Positions 36,795 to 46,711 of a DNA stretch of 49,466 nucleotides are shown piece after piece. A program made the translations under genes and the position numbers. Source of the DNA: Solirubrobacterales bacterium (GTDB taxonomy: Bacteria; Actinomycetota; Thermoleophilia; Solirubrobacterales; JBBDJG01); NCBI GenBank assembly GCA_040880005.1, contig JBBDJG010000012.1, positions 34,984 to 84,449 on the forward strand, in the 5' to 3' direction. Positions within the stretch are counted from its first letter, which is position 1. Every line of letters begins with the position of its first letter. The notes below the pieces were generated by a model. The model was not told where the DNA came from. It searched no databases and worked only from the letters and a program-made list of their open reading frames with translations.

Positions 36795-39064
36795 GCGAGG
36801 CCTCCCTGCTGCTCCTGCGCGCGCAGTGCCATCGTCAGGTCGATCTCAGGCGTGGGAATGTCGAAGGCGAAATCATCGGGAAGCTCCCAGAACTCGCGGA
36901 ACTCGCGCGCCCACGTCTCCGACAGCCGCATCGACTCGGCATACATGCGTTGGACGGGCTCGATCATCTCCCGGTCGAGCACGCGCTGGCGCTCCGTCTT
37001 CATCCACTCGCGCACCGGCACGGCCTTGCGGCCACGGTCTTCGCGCATCTCGTCGCGCCGCTTCGCGGTGGCGGCCTCGTCGCCCGTGACGACACCGTAG
37101 ATCGACCGCGCGTAGCGCTCCAGCAGAAACTCGCCTTTCACATCCTCGACGACCGAGTCGTAGGATCGCTCCAGCGGATCGCCGAGGCCCGCTGCTCCGC
37201 GATACATGCACAGATATATGTCTCCCTGCGTCATCGCGTGCGGCAGCGTTGTGGTGTCGAGGTCGAAGGTGCGCTCGCCCTCGATCGCGAGCAGCGCGGG
37301 CGCTCCGGGGTCGGGCTCGTGCGTCGGAAACGCCTTTCGCTGTTCGACCAGCTCGAAGAAGTTCGTGTTGCGGATGTTGTGGCGATAGCCGGGCGCGCTC
37401 GGGTACCCGCCCCACAGACCGGACTGGATGAACACGCGCCCGTCGCCGATGTTCTGCATCTCGTAGAAGGGCGTCTTCCATGCCAGTCGCAGGGTCTCGT
37501 AGCCGGAGCCGCCCCGGTGGCGTCCCGGGCCGGCGGTGTTCGGCTTCACGCGCTGTCCGATGTAGAGGAAGGGCTCGATCAGCTCCCACATCTCCATGTC
37601 GCCCATGTCTCCCTCGGGGTTCCACATCGCGGCGCCGTAGTCGAGCCCGTCGAGAACCATCTTGGCGCCGCCGCCCACGCAGGAGAGGCCGAAGTTGGTC
37701 GTCGCCGACTGGCGCCCGTATTGGTCGATGCCGCCGCCCTGGAAGGCGTTCGCGGTCTGCGCGTAGGGCGCCAGCACCTCCTCGACGAAGCCGCGTGCCT
37801 GAAGCGCGCGCGAGACCGACTTGATGAAGCCGGTGAAGGAGGGGATCAGGAACAGCCAGGCGATCCCGGTCGAGGCCTGCGGGTTGCAGTGGTTGGTCCA
37901 AGTTCCGGCCGGGAAGTTCGTGCGCAGGCCGAGGTAGGCGCCGTCGTTGACCTTGTCGTTGCAGATCAGGGTCTGGGTGAGCTGCACCCAGACCGCTCCC
38001 TGCATCGACGACGGTGTGCAGTTCGCCGAATGCCAGCCCCACGAGGACGCGCCCTCGTAGTCGAGCTCGAGCACGCCGTCGCGGGTTATGCGCAGCTCGA
38101 CCGGCGCGTGCATGAGGTGGTCCTTGCGCGCGTAGGAGGGAAGCTGCTCCTCCTTCGCCAGCGGCAGCTCGGTGAACGCCGGTGCACGGTAACGACCCGG
38201 GACCGTCATCTCTCGCAGCCGGCTCTGGAACGACCGCCTCCCGTCCTCGATCACCTCGCGGATGAACGTCTTGTAGGTGTCGATGCCCTCCTCGAGGATC
38301 ACGCGCTCGACCGCCTCGCGCGCCATGTGGCACCCCGCCAAACGGGTCTTCTCGTCGAGCGTCCAGTACATCGGCGTGCGCGTTCCCTTCAGCCCGGCCA
38401 GCACGTGGTCGCGCCACAGCCCGTCGTTCGAGCCGATCTTCTTGGCTGGCAGGTCTATGCCGTCCTCGTAGCGCGAGATCGGGCCGACCGGCACGGATCC
38501 CGGCGTCTTGGCACCGATATCGATCTCGTGCGTGACGCCGGCCGCCCAGCCGACCAGCTCACCCTCCCAGAAGATCGGCACGAAGGTCTGGACGTCGGCG
38601 TTGTGGACGTCGCCGATCATCGCGTCGTTGTTGGTGAAGATGTCGCCGGCTGCGATGCCCGGGTTGTGCTCGTAGTCGTTGCGCAGCATGTACTTGATCG
38701 CGTCCGACATCGTGTGAACGTGCACGATGATTCCAGTCGAGAGCGCAACCGAGTCCCCCTCGGGCGTGTAGAGGGCAAACGACAACTCACCGATCTCCTT
38801 CACGATCGGCGACGCCGAGATATTGAGTGCGGTCTCGCGCGCGGTCACGAGCCCACCGCGAAGACGGGAGAAGAGTTTCTCGTAGCGGATCGGCTCGCGC
38901 TGCTTGAGGTCGAGCCGGTCGAGGCCGCAGTAGCTGCCGGTATCGGCGAACAGGTGCTCGGACCGCTCGAGCATCTCCCGTGCGGTCTTGCCCGCCCAGC
39001 CGATCGGTGCGCGCTGCTCCGCGACCAGCGGCTCCAGCTCCTTGGTGCGGTCGACCATCGCCAT
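36791..39064 (-). CDS. acxB: Acetone carboxylase alpha subunit (hydantoinase B/oxoprolinase family)
   Basis: ASPIVKEIGE, STGIIVHVHT, DVHNADV, HEIDIG, WNPEGDMG, GPGRHRGG, GDPLER. Confidence 0.9.
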   Translation of the reverse strand: MAMVDRTKELEPLVAEQRAPIGWAGKTAREMLERSEHLFADTGSYCGLDRLDLKQREPIRYEKLFSRLRGGLVTARETALNISASPIVKEIGELSFALYTPEGDSVALSTGIIVHVHTMSDAIKYMLRNDYEHNPGIAAGDIFTNNDAMIGDVHNADVQTFVPIFWEGELVGWAAGVTHEIDIGAKTPGSVPVGPISRYEDGIDLPAKKIGSNDGLWRDHVLAGLKGTRTPMYWTLDEKTRLAGCHMAREAVERVILEEGIDTYKTFIREVIEDGRRSFQSRLREMTVPGRYRAPAFTELPLAKEEQLPSYARKDHLMHAPVELRITRDGVLELDYEGASSWGWHSANCTPSSMQGAVWVQLTQTLICNDKVNDGAYLGLRTNFPAGTWTNHCNPQASTGIAWLFLIPSFTGFIKSVSRALQARGFVEEVLAPYAQTANAFQGGGIDQYGRQSATTNFGLSCVGGGAKMVLDGLDYGAAMWNPEGDMGDMEMWELIEPFLYIGQRVKPNTAGPGRHRGGSGYETLRLAWKTPFYEMQNIGDGRVFIQSGLWGGYPSAPGYRHNIRNTNFFELVEQRKAFPTHEPDPGAPALLAIEGERTFDLDTTTLPHAMTQGDIYLCMYRGAAGLGDPLERSYDSVVEDVKGEFLLERYARSIYGVVTGDEAATAKRRDEMREDRGRKAVPVREWMKTERQRVLDREMIEPVQRMYAESMRLSETWAREFREFWELPDDFAFDIPTPEIDLTMALRAQEQQGGLA

Positions 39065-39068
39065 CTCA

Positions 39069-41240
39069 TCAACCCCCGATCGTGGACATGTGGAAGATGC
39101 GGTTGCCGTCGAGTCGTGTCGCGCGGCCGGGCGGGACGGCGAACGTGTCGGCCGGAGACTCGACGATCGCCGGGCCGGCGATCTCGTGTCCGGCGGCGAC
39201 GTCGTCCTGCTCGTAGATCGTCGTTTCCGTCCAGCCGTCCTTCCACCAGACTTCACGAATGCTCTTGGGCGTGAGCGAGCCGGATGTTTCCGGCTCCTCG
39301 GGCAGCGACGGTTTCTCGACTGCCACCGATCCCGTGACGACCACGTTCGTGATCAGATAGCCCAGCTCCGGCGAGCGAGCGGAGCGTGCGTAGAGCTTGG
39401 CGTACGCGTCGGAAAAAGCTTCGATCAGGTCTTCGACCTGATCGGCTTCGCTGAGGGTCTGGTGGGGAGAGAGGATCTCTATGTCGTTGAGCTGCCCGTA
39501 GTACTGCATTCGCACGTAGTGGCGGAACTCGATCTGCCCCTCGTCCACACCCGACTTCGCAAACTCCTCCGCAACGCGCTCGCGCAGCATCTGCCAGCCG
39601 CCATCGACGAACATGCCGATGCCCGCCTTGGTGTCATCGTCCGTGCCCGGCTCGATCGGCGTGTCGATCGTGAGGTCGTAGCGGTAGGCGAAATCGCCAC
39701 ACGCGCATCCGAAAGCGGAGAAGCCAGCGGCCCAGGCGGGCACCAGCACGTCCCGGTAGGGCACGCCCTCGGTGTAGCCGGCAACGTGCAGCGGTCCGCC
39801 GCCGCCGTAGCACAGCAGCGTGTAATCGACCGGCGAGTATCCCTTGCCGAGCACCTTGGAAACGGCCTCGTACTGGAGCGTCTGCTCGAACAGCTCGACG
39901 ACTCCTGCGGCCGCCTGTTCCACTTCCAGGCCGAGCGGCTTCGCAATCTGCTCCGCCACCGCCGCGCGCGCCCGCTCGAGGTCGAGCTTGATCTCGCCGC
40001 CAAGGAAGTAGTCGGGATTGACGCGGCCGAGCACCAGGTCGAGGTCGGTGATCGTCGGAGTCTCGAGCCCGCCCTCGGACCATGACACCCCGATCTTCGC
40101 TCCAGCCGAGTCCGGGCCCAACTCTGGTCGGCCCGAGTTGGGGTCTATGCGCACGAACGATCCCGTGCCGGCACCGATCGAGTCGAGCTGCACGAACGGC
40201 AGGTTGAGGATGAAACGCCCGACATCGGGCGTCTGCTTGATCTGAAATTCGCCGTCGGTGATCAGTGCCACGTCGAAGCTCGTACCGCCGATGTCCGTGC
40301 AGAGGATGTTCTTGGCGGGTGTCGAGCCGTTGCCGTTGGAGCGCTCACGCAGCTGGTCGGCCAGGTACTTGGCGCCGACGACGCCGCCGATCGGGCCCGA
40401 GATCAGAGTGGGGGCCAGCTCCTTTGCGTCGATCGAGATCGTGCCCCCGTGCGCGGCCATGATGCGCAGATCGAATCCGGCGCCCGCCTGCCTGGTCACG
40501 TCGCGCACGCGCGCGAGCTGCTCGCGCGACGGCTCGGCAGCGTACGCCTCGATCAGGGTCGAGTTGAGGCGGGGAAAGTCGCGGCGCATCGGATACAGCT
40601 CCGAGGACAGGAACACGGGAAGATCGGGTGCCGCCTCGCCCGCGATATCGCGCACGCGATCCTCATGCATCGAATTGCGGTAGCTGTAGAGCAGGTTGAC
40701 GACGATCGCCTTGGCGCCGGCCTCGGCCAGCTCCTGCGCCGCAGCCCGCGCCTCTTCCTCGTAGAGGGGAATAGCCTCGTCGCCGAACAGGTCGATGCGG
40801 CCGCGTACGCCGCGGATCAGCTCGCGCGGGACGAGCGGCTCGTTGTGGTGGTGGGTCGCGACGTGCAGCCGGTCCGAGTAGGGATAGCCGAGGTAGGTCT
40901 GGATTCCGCGCTCGAGGCGCAGCGCATCTTCTATCCCGGCCGTCACGATCAGCCCGACGCGGCGTCCCTTGCGCTCCAGGAGACGGTTGAGCATCGCCGT
41001 GCCCGAGTAGATGCCGGAGGCCATCGAGGGCAGCGCCTGATCCGGCTCGAGCCCCCAGTAACCGAGCGCGTCGCGCGTCGACTCCATGAAGCCCGACGAT
41101 TCGTCCTGCGGTGTCGTCTGCGCTTTGCCGACCACGAACTCGCCGTTGCGATCGACGATGAACGTATCGGTCATCGTCCCACCCGCGTCGATCGCGAGGA
41201 CGCGGGGCTCGCGCCCGTTGCCTGGTTGCTGGTCGTTCAA
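39069..41240 (-). CDS. acxA: Acetone carboxylase beta subunit (hydantoinase A family)
   Basis: IDAGGTMTD, SGTAMLNRL, SGPIGG, DIGGTSFD, YGGGGPLH, YYGQLND; GGAGG RBS and TAGAGT -10 upstream. Confidence 0.9.
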   Translation of the reverse strand: MNDQQPGNGREPRVLAIDAGGTMTDTFIVDRNGEFVVGKAQTTPQDESSGFMESTRDALGYWGLEPDQALPSMASGIYSGTAMLNRLLERKGRRVGLIVTAGIEDALRLERGIQTYLGYPYSDRLHVATHHHNEPLVPRELIRGVRGRIDLFGDEAIPLYEEEARAAAQELAEAGAKAIVVNLLYSYRNSMHEDRVRDIAGEAAPDLPVFLSSELYPMRRDFPRLNSTLIEAYAAEPSREQLARVRDVTRQAGAGFDLRIMAAHGGTISIDAKELAPTLISGPIGGVVGAKYLADQLRERSNGNGSTPAKNILCTDIGGTSFDVALITDGEFQIKQTPDVGRFILNLPFVQLDSIGAGTGSFVRIDPNSGRPELGPDSAGAKIGVSWSEGGLETPTITDLDLVLGRVNPDYFLGGEIKLDLERARAAVAEQIAKPLGLEVEQAAAGVVELFEQTLQYEAVSKVLGKGYSPVDYTLLCYGGGGPLHVAGYTEGVPYRDVLVPAWAAGFSAFGCACGDFAYRYDLTIDTPIEPGTDDDTKAGIGMFVDGGWQMLRERVAEEFAKSGVDEGQIEFRHYVRMQYYGQLNDIEILSPHQTLSEADQVEDLIEAFSDAYAKLYARSARSPELGYLITNVVVTGSVAVEKPSLPEEPETSGSLTPKSIREVWWKDGWTETTIYEQDDVAAGHEIAGPAIVESPADTFAVPPGRATRLDGNRIFHMSTIGG

Positions 41241-41394
41241 TGCTTCGTTTCCTCCGCTGGGGCGTGGAGGACTCTATGGCAATGGGCTCGAGTGGACATT
41301 GGTCGGGGGCGCCCTGCCAAGGCTTGACTGGACCACCGCACGGGCCGATAGCGATCGGAGCGGACCTGCGCCGCCCATGACCATGCACCGTACG

Positions 41395-43038
41395 ATGAGG
41401 CAGATGAGGATCTCGCTGGCGATCGCAAGCACCCTGGCGGTCGTCGTCGCGTTGACCCCAGAGGCGAGCGCCGCACGCAGCGCCCTCGTGACGCTGGAGC
41501 GCGCCGCGCCCTCGACCGCACAGGCCCGCGCGGTCAGTGCCGCTGCGCGGGCGTTCGTGGCGCGCAACGCCCTGCGCCGCGTGCGACGTGACGTCCCGGA
41601 GGTCGGTTTGGTGACCGTGCGCGTGTCGCCCGGCACGAGCTTCGAGAGCTTCGCGCGCAGGCTCGAGGCCGATCCCGTCGTCAGCTCGGTCGAGCCCGAC
41701 GTCTCGCGCAGATTGCGTGTGCTCCCCGACGACCCCGGCCTGTCGCAGCAGGACCCGGCCGCGTCCACCGGCACCGTTTACCAGTGGAACATGCTGAGGC
41801 AGAATCTGCCTGGAGCGTGGGCCCTTGCACGCGGCGACGCGGTCAAGGTTGGCGTGCTGGACACGGGGATCGACTCCGCTCATCCCGATCTGGCGACCAA
41901 AGTCGCGGCCACGGTGGATCAGGATGCGGGCGGCGGCGGCATCGACGACGTCGTCGGGCACGGCACGCACGTCGCGGGCCTCGCGTGCGGCGCCACCGAC
42001 AACGGGTACGGCTCAGCGGGCGCCGGCTCCAACTGCCAGCTGATCGTCGAGAAGACCGACCTCACATCGTCCAGCGTCGTGGCGTCGATCATCGACGCGA
42101 CCAAACGCGGGGCGAAGGTGATCAACATGAGCTTCGGCGGCTGGGGGGAGACGGCGGGTGAGAAGCGGGCGTTGAATTACGCCTTTCGCCGTGACGTCGT
42201 GCTGGTCGCGGCCGCCGCGAACAATCCGCAGGTGAACCAGGGACATCCGGCCGCCGACCTGCAGCCGATGGGCACCGGGGGGAAGCTCAACGAGGGCAAC
42301 GGGCTTGTCGTGACGGCCGCCGGCGAGACCGGCAAGCGCGCCTACTTCGCCGGCCGCGGCTCGCAGATATCGCTCGCCGCGTTCGGTTACACGAGTGCGA
42401 ACGGGGCGCCCGGCATCTTCTCCACTTTTCCGGCCAACAGGACACAGTTCGAAACGGGCGACACGAAGCCTCCGTCGAAACCATGCGAATGTCGCACCAC
42501 GCTGGCCGGTGACAACCGCTTCGGATATCTCAACGGGACTTCGATGGCGGCTCCGCAGGTGGCCGGTGTCGCGGCGCTGGTTCGCTCGGCGAATCCGGGC
42601 CTGTCGAACCTCGCCGTGATACAGATCCTGAAGAGCACCGCGTCGCAGAAGGGCCGCTGGAACTCCGAGCTGGGCTGGGGCATCGTCGATGCCGAGGCGG
42701 CGGTGCGCGCCGCGATCGCGTACGCGGGCGACACGTTGCCGCCGATCACGACGCCTCGTGGGGGGCGCATCCGAAGCAGCGGGCGAGTTTTCAAGCTTCG
42801 CTGGCGCAGCGTCGATCAGGCGCCCGCAGGCGTTGCGCCATCGGGCGTCGAGTCGTACAGGGTGTACGCGAAGCGCCGCGGTAGCTACAAGCTGGTGGCA
42901 ACGACACGCACGACTTCGGAGCAGTTCAGAGGTAATGCCGGCGCTCGTTACTCGTTCTACGTCCAGGCGCGCGATCGCGCCGGCAACCTCGAGCCGGCTC
43001 CGGGCGGCGCCGACTTCGTCGTGCGCGTGCGCGGCTAG
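41395..43038 (+). CDS. Secreted S8 (subtilisin) serine peptidase with C-terminal FN3-like domain
   Basis: LDTG, HGTHVAG, AAAN, GTSMAAP; WRSVD...YRVY...YSFYVQARDRAGN; start uncertain (41377-41404). Confidence 0.9.
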   Translation: MRQMRISLAIASTLAVVVALTPEASAARSALVTLERAAPSTAQARAVSAAARAFVARNALRRVRRDVPEVGLVTVRVSPGTSFESFARRLEADPVVSSVEPDVSRRLRVLPDDPGLSQQDPAASTGTVYQWNMLRQNLPGAWALARGDAVKVGVLDTGIDSAHPDLATKVAATVDQDAGGGGIDDVVGHGTHVAGLACGATDNGYGSAGAGSNCQLIVEKTDLTSSSVVASIIDATKRGAKVINMSFGGWGETAGEKRALNYAFRRDVVLVAAAANNPQVNQGHPAADLQPMGTGGKLNEGNGLVVTAAGETGKRAYFAGRGSQISLAAFGYTSANGAPGIFSTFPANRTQFETGDTKPPSKPCECRTTLAGDNRFGYLNGTSMAAPQVAGVAALVRSANPGLSNLAVIQILKSTASQKGRWNSELGWGIVDAEAAVRAAIAYAGDTLPPITTPRGGRIRSSGRVFKLRWRSVDQAPAGVAPSGVESYRVYAKRRGSYKLVATTRTTSEQFRGNAGARYSFYVQARDRAGNLEPAPGGADFVVRVRG

Positions 43039-43083
43039 GCAGCCGATCCTTCGCTGGAAATCGAAGCCTCTAGACTTGGCCTC

Positions 43084-44040
43084 GTGGGTCACGGGCCGAG
43101 CAAGATCATCCTCGCGGCACCGCGCGGCTACTGCGCGGGAGTCGATCGAGCAGTGCAGACGGTCGAGCATGCGCTCGATCTGCACGGGGCGCCGGTCTAC
43201 GTGCGCAAGGAGATCGTCCACAACAAGCACGTGGTGGAAGACCTGGAGAAGCGTGGAGCGATCTTCGTCGATCAGGAGACCGAAGTGCCGGAGGGCGAGA
43301 CGGTCGTGTTTTCCGCGCACGGCGTGGCACCCTCGGTGCACCGCAACGCCGGTGAGCGTAGCTTGAACACGATCGATGCGACATGCCCGCTCGTCACCAA
43401 GGTACATGTCGAGGCGCGCAAGTTCGCCGCCGACGGCTACACGACGGTGCTGATCGGGCACGCCGGACACGAGGAGGTCGAGGGCACGACGGGCGAGGCG
43501 CCGCAGAGCATCGTGCTGGTCGAGACCGAGCACGATGTCGACGAGCTGGAGGTGGAGGACCCTGACAAGGTCGCCTTCATCACCCAGACCACGCTCTCGG
43601 TCGACGAGACGGCGGACATCATCCGCAGATTGAAAGTCAAGTTTCCGAAAATCGTCGGGCCTCGCACCGACGACATCTGTTACGCGACCCAGAATCGCCA
43701 GGACGCCGTCAAACAGCTCGCGCCGCTTTGCGATCTGGTGCTGGTGATCGGCTCGAAGAACTCCTCGAACTCGAACCGGCTGGTCGAGGTCGCGCGCGAG
43801 CACGGCGCGGACTCACACCTGATCGACAACGAGCTTCAGGTGCGCGACGAATGGCTGGAAGGTGTCGAGACAGTGGGCGTCACCTCGGGCGCGAGCGCGC
43901 CGGAGGAGCTTGTGCAGCGCTTGCTGGCCTTCTTCCGCGATCGCGGTGCGCAGCAGGTCTCGGAGCTGGAGGTCACCGAGGAAGACGTCCGCTTCATGCT
44001 TCCGAAGGACATCCGGCAGCTGCTCGGCGCGCGCGTGTAG
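43084..44040 (+). CDS. ispH: 4-hydroxy-3-methylbut-2-enyl diphosphate reductase
   Basis: PRGYCAGV, IVHN, DATCPLV, ICYATQNRQ, SSNSNRL, SGASAPE. Confidence 0.97.
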   Translation: MGHGPSKIILAAPRGYCAGVDRAVQTVEHALDLHGAPVYVRKEIVHNKHVVEDLEKRGAIFVDQETEVPEGETVVFSAHGVAPSVHRNAGERSLNTIDATCPLVTKVHVEARKFAADGYTTVLIGHAGHEEVEGTTGEAPQSIVLVETEHDVDELEVEDPDKVAFITQTTLSVDETADIIRRLKVKFPKIVGPRTDDICYATQNRQDAVKQLAPLCDLVLVIGSKNSSNSNRLVEVAREHGADSHLIDNELQVRDEWLEGVETVGVTSGASAPEELVQRLLAFFRDRGAQQVSELEVTEEDVRFMLPKDIRQLLGARV

Positions 44041-44042
44041 CT

Positions 44043-44858
44043 CTAAGCTGGCGCTGGGGCGAAGCTGAACACGTAGACCAGAGCCTCGTTGCGGAAGCGC
44101 AGGGAGATCTCGTGTTCCTCGTGCGATTCGCCCGAGACGAACTCGTATAGCCGCGGCCCGTCGAGATCGATCGTGCGCACCGGCTCCCCGTCGACGACCA
44201 GATCGACCCGGCCGTGGCCGTCCAGCACCGCCGCCGCGCCAGCTCCCGCGTAGCGGATCGACAGCTCGTGGCCGGCCTCGACCGCACGTGGAAAGCGGTG
44301 CTCGTTCATGTATTGGTGCGGTGTGGGAGGTATCACCTTGGCGTCCGGTCGATCGGTCTCGCGGATTGGCTCCATTGGCTGGGGTAACTCGACCTGCGGA
44401 TCGATCTCACGCAACAGCTTGCCGATCGCGCGCTCGGTTTCGTCGTAGGCACCCTCGGCGAAGTGGAAGTGACGCAGGGTGCCGGTGCGGTCCCACAGAT
44501 AGAGAGAGGGCCAGACCTCCGCTCCGTAGAACTTCCAGATCGCGAAGTCGGGATCGTGCGCCACGGGGAACTCGATCCCGAGCCGTTCCACGGCGCGCTC
44601 GACGTTGACGCGCTCGCCGCCGAACTCGAACTGGGGCGAGTGCACGCCGATCACGCGCAGTCCTTTGTCGCGATAGCGACTGTCCCACTCCGTCAGATAA
44701 GGCAGCGTCCGCAGCGAGTTGAGCGACGTGTAGTCCCAGAACCAAACCAGGATCGCGTGCTGGCCAAACAGCGTGCCGACCCGGACGAAGTCGGCGTTGA
44801 TCCACTCGGTCTGGGGCGGAAACTCGGGGAGCGCGATCGGCTGGCCCTCGTGCTTCAT
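44043..44858 (-). CDS. DipZ-like thioredoxin-fold protein with SxxS in place of CxxC
   Basis: FWDYTSLNSLRTLPYL, VIGVHSPQF, WPSLYL, EGAYDETE, YVFSF. Confidence 0.8.
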   Translation of the reverse strand: MKHEGQPIALPEFPPQTEWINADFVRVGTLFGQHAILVWFWDYTSLNSLRTLPYLTEWDSRYRDKGLRVIGVHSPQFEFGGERVNVERAVERLGIEFPVAHDPDFAIWKFYGAEVWPSLYLWDRTGTLRHFHFAEGAYDETERAIGKLLREIDPQVELPQPMEPIRETDRPDAKVIPPTPHQYMNEHRFPRAVEAGHELSIRYAGAGAAAVLDGHGRVDLVVDGEPVRTIDLDGPRLYEFVSGESHEEHEISLRFRNEALVYVFSFAPAPA

Positions 44859-44905
44859 CGCGCTTAAACGTACCTGTAGAGGCCGGCACGCGGGTGGGGC
44901 TGCCT

Positions 44906-45713
44906 TCAGCAGCCCCTCGCGTTGCGAAGCGTGAATCTCTGATTAACCGGGTAGGTGGTGCCACTCTCGTAGGTGAACTGGGCGCCGTCGAGCACGAAGG
45001 AGGTGCCGGTGCAGATCAGGGGGGCCTCTATGTAGTGGCGTGCGGCCTCTCCGCCTGACCGTCCTGTCCAGGGTCGTCGCGCGCGTCGAGATGATCGAGG
45101 CGTCCGGCGATCCGGGAAGGGTCGGGATCGGCGGGATCTCCACGTCGAGCACGTACCCGTACGGGCCGCCACGCTGCTTCTTCGCAACGAGTTGCACCGT
45201 GACGTCGGGGCCGAGCGCGGCCTGGCCGTGAATCAGCACCGTCGGGTTGCCGTCCACGGGCTCGCCGTTGAGCAGAGTGATGGTCGCCGGAACCGGATCG
45301 GGGAGCAGCGGACGCACATCGGCCTGGGCCGTGCCACTGCCAACCTTCGAGCCCTTCGGGCAAGCGCTTGGTCCGTTCAGCTCGAGCGCGCGCTTGTTGC
45401 ACCTGGGAAAGAGCTTCGCATTCAGCACCCCTCCCTTCGGCACCGTGAGGGTCAGGTGGGTGAGCGGCGGCGGCTTGGCGCCGGTCGTGTCCCAGACGCG
45501 AATGGCGGTCGTGAGTCGCGCCCCCCTCGCTGCCTTGCCGCTCGCGGCCTTGGAGTAGCTCAGCGAGAAATCGACCGATTGCATTTGCTGCGCAAGGGCG
45601 GGAGAGCTGGCCGCAGCGGGCGCGAGCCCGATCAGCGCCGCGACGGCCAGCCTCCCGCAGCCCTTGGTCCCCAACCCCCGTCGTCCTGCTGGCTGCCCTG
45701 CATCTCCCTGCAT
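44906..45713 (-). pseudogene. Secreted protein paralogous to 45745-46599, frameshifted near 45040
   Basis: Aligns with the paralog up to RRRGRT; the conserved tail RHYIEAPLICTG...DGAQFTYE continues in another frame to 44906. Confidence 0.7.
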
Positions 45714-45744
45714 CGCGAGTCCCCGGGTCACCAGTCGCCACTCC

Positions 45745-46599
45745 TCATGGACAGGGAATCGTCCTGCCGATCGTGAACGTCTCTCGCGCGTCGACCGTGC
45801 GACCTCCCTCGTAGGTGAACTGCGCACCGTCGAGCATGAAGAACGTTCCCGTACACAGAAGCGGCGCCTCGATGTAGTGGCGGGTGCGCCCTCGCCTGCG
45901 TGCCGTGCGGTCCAGAGTCGTCACGCGGGCGAACGTCAGCGCCGCCGGTGGCTGCCCCGGGAGTGTGCTGAGCGGAGGTATCTCGATGTCCAGCACGTAG
46001 CCGTACGGGCCCTTGCGCTGCTTGCGCGCGACCGCCCGCACCGTGACCGCCAGCTCGCTGTAGGTGCCGAGGTCGACCTCGCCGTAGATCAGGATCGTGG
46101 GATTGCCGCCAGCCGGCTCGCCGTTGAAGAGCGTGAGCTTCGCATCGACCGGAACGGTCACGACCGGCCGGGCGTCGGCGGTCGCCTTCCCGGTACCCAC
46201 CTTCGAGCCCTTCGGGCAGGCCTCCTCGCCCTCGTGCTCGAGCTCCTCCATGTCGCAGGTCTTGAACAGGCCCCCGTTGACCCTGCCGCCCCGAGGGAAC
46301 GGCAGCCGCAGGTGCCGCAGCGCGAGTGGCTTGGCGCCGGTCGTGTCCCAGACCCGCACGGTGCTCGTGACCTTCGCGCCCGCGTTGAGCCTGCTGTCGG
46401 TGCTCGGATAGTCGATCGCGTAGGCGACCGACTGCATCTGCTCGGCCTGCGCGATCCCGGGCGCCGCCAGCATGAGCGCCAGCGCGGCGAGCAGGCCGAG
46501 TCCGCGGCCTCGAGGTCGCGGGCTGATCGCGGCCCGAGCGGGCCTCCCCACCGGTGGATGCCCGGTCCTGCCCTTGAGCCCCCCTTCGAGCCGTCCCAT
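45745..46599 (-). CDS. Secreted protein of unknown function
   Basis: Signal peptide ending AQA; RVWDTTGAKP, ACPKGSKVG, GPYGYVLD, four Cys; GAGG RBS-like sequence upstream. Confidence 0.8.
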   Translation of the reverse strand: MGRLEGGLKGRTGHPPVGRPARAAISPRPRGRGLGLLAALALMLAAPGIAQAEQMQSVAYAIDYPSTDSRLNAGAKVTSTVRVWDTTGAKPLALRHLRLPFPRGGRVNGGLFKTCDMEELEHEGEEACPKGSKVGTGKATADARPVVTVPVDAKLTLFNGEPAGGNPTILIYGEVDLGTYSELAVTVRAVARKQRKGPYGYVLDIEIPPLSTLPGQPPAALTFARVTTLDRTARRRGRTRHYIEAPLLCTGTFFMLDGAQFTYEGGRTVDARETFTIGRTIPCP

Positions 46600-46630
46600 C
46601 GTGATCGTCCCCCTCTTCCTCTACTGTAAG

Positions 46631-46660
46631 ATCACCTGTAGTGATATCACCTAGAGTGAC
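46631..46660. promoter_or_regulatory. Tandem palindromic operators, probably TetR sites
   Basis: ATCAC-CTGTA-GTGAT immediately followed by ATCAC-CTAGA-GTGAC, in the divergent spacer. Confidence 0.7.
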
Positions 46661-46711
46661 ATTACCAGCTAGGACTCTCCTGTCAAGCGAATCGGTCATC
46701 GTCCCGGTGCT

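Noticed and set aside
39065-39256. Extended acxB start from the ORF track (similarly the S8 start at 41086 and thrB start at 12609)
   Set aside because: The extensions overlap neighbouring genes; downstream starts fit the homology and gene coupling better
44710-44740. Selenocysteine at the thioredoxin active site
   Set aside because: Both codons are TCG (Ser), not TGA
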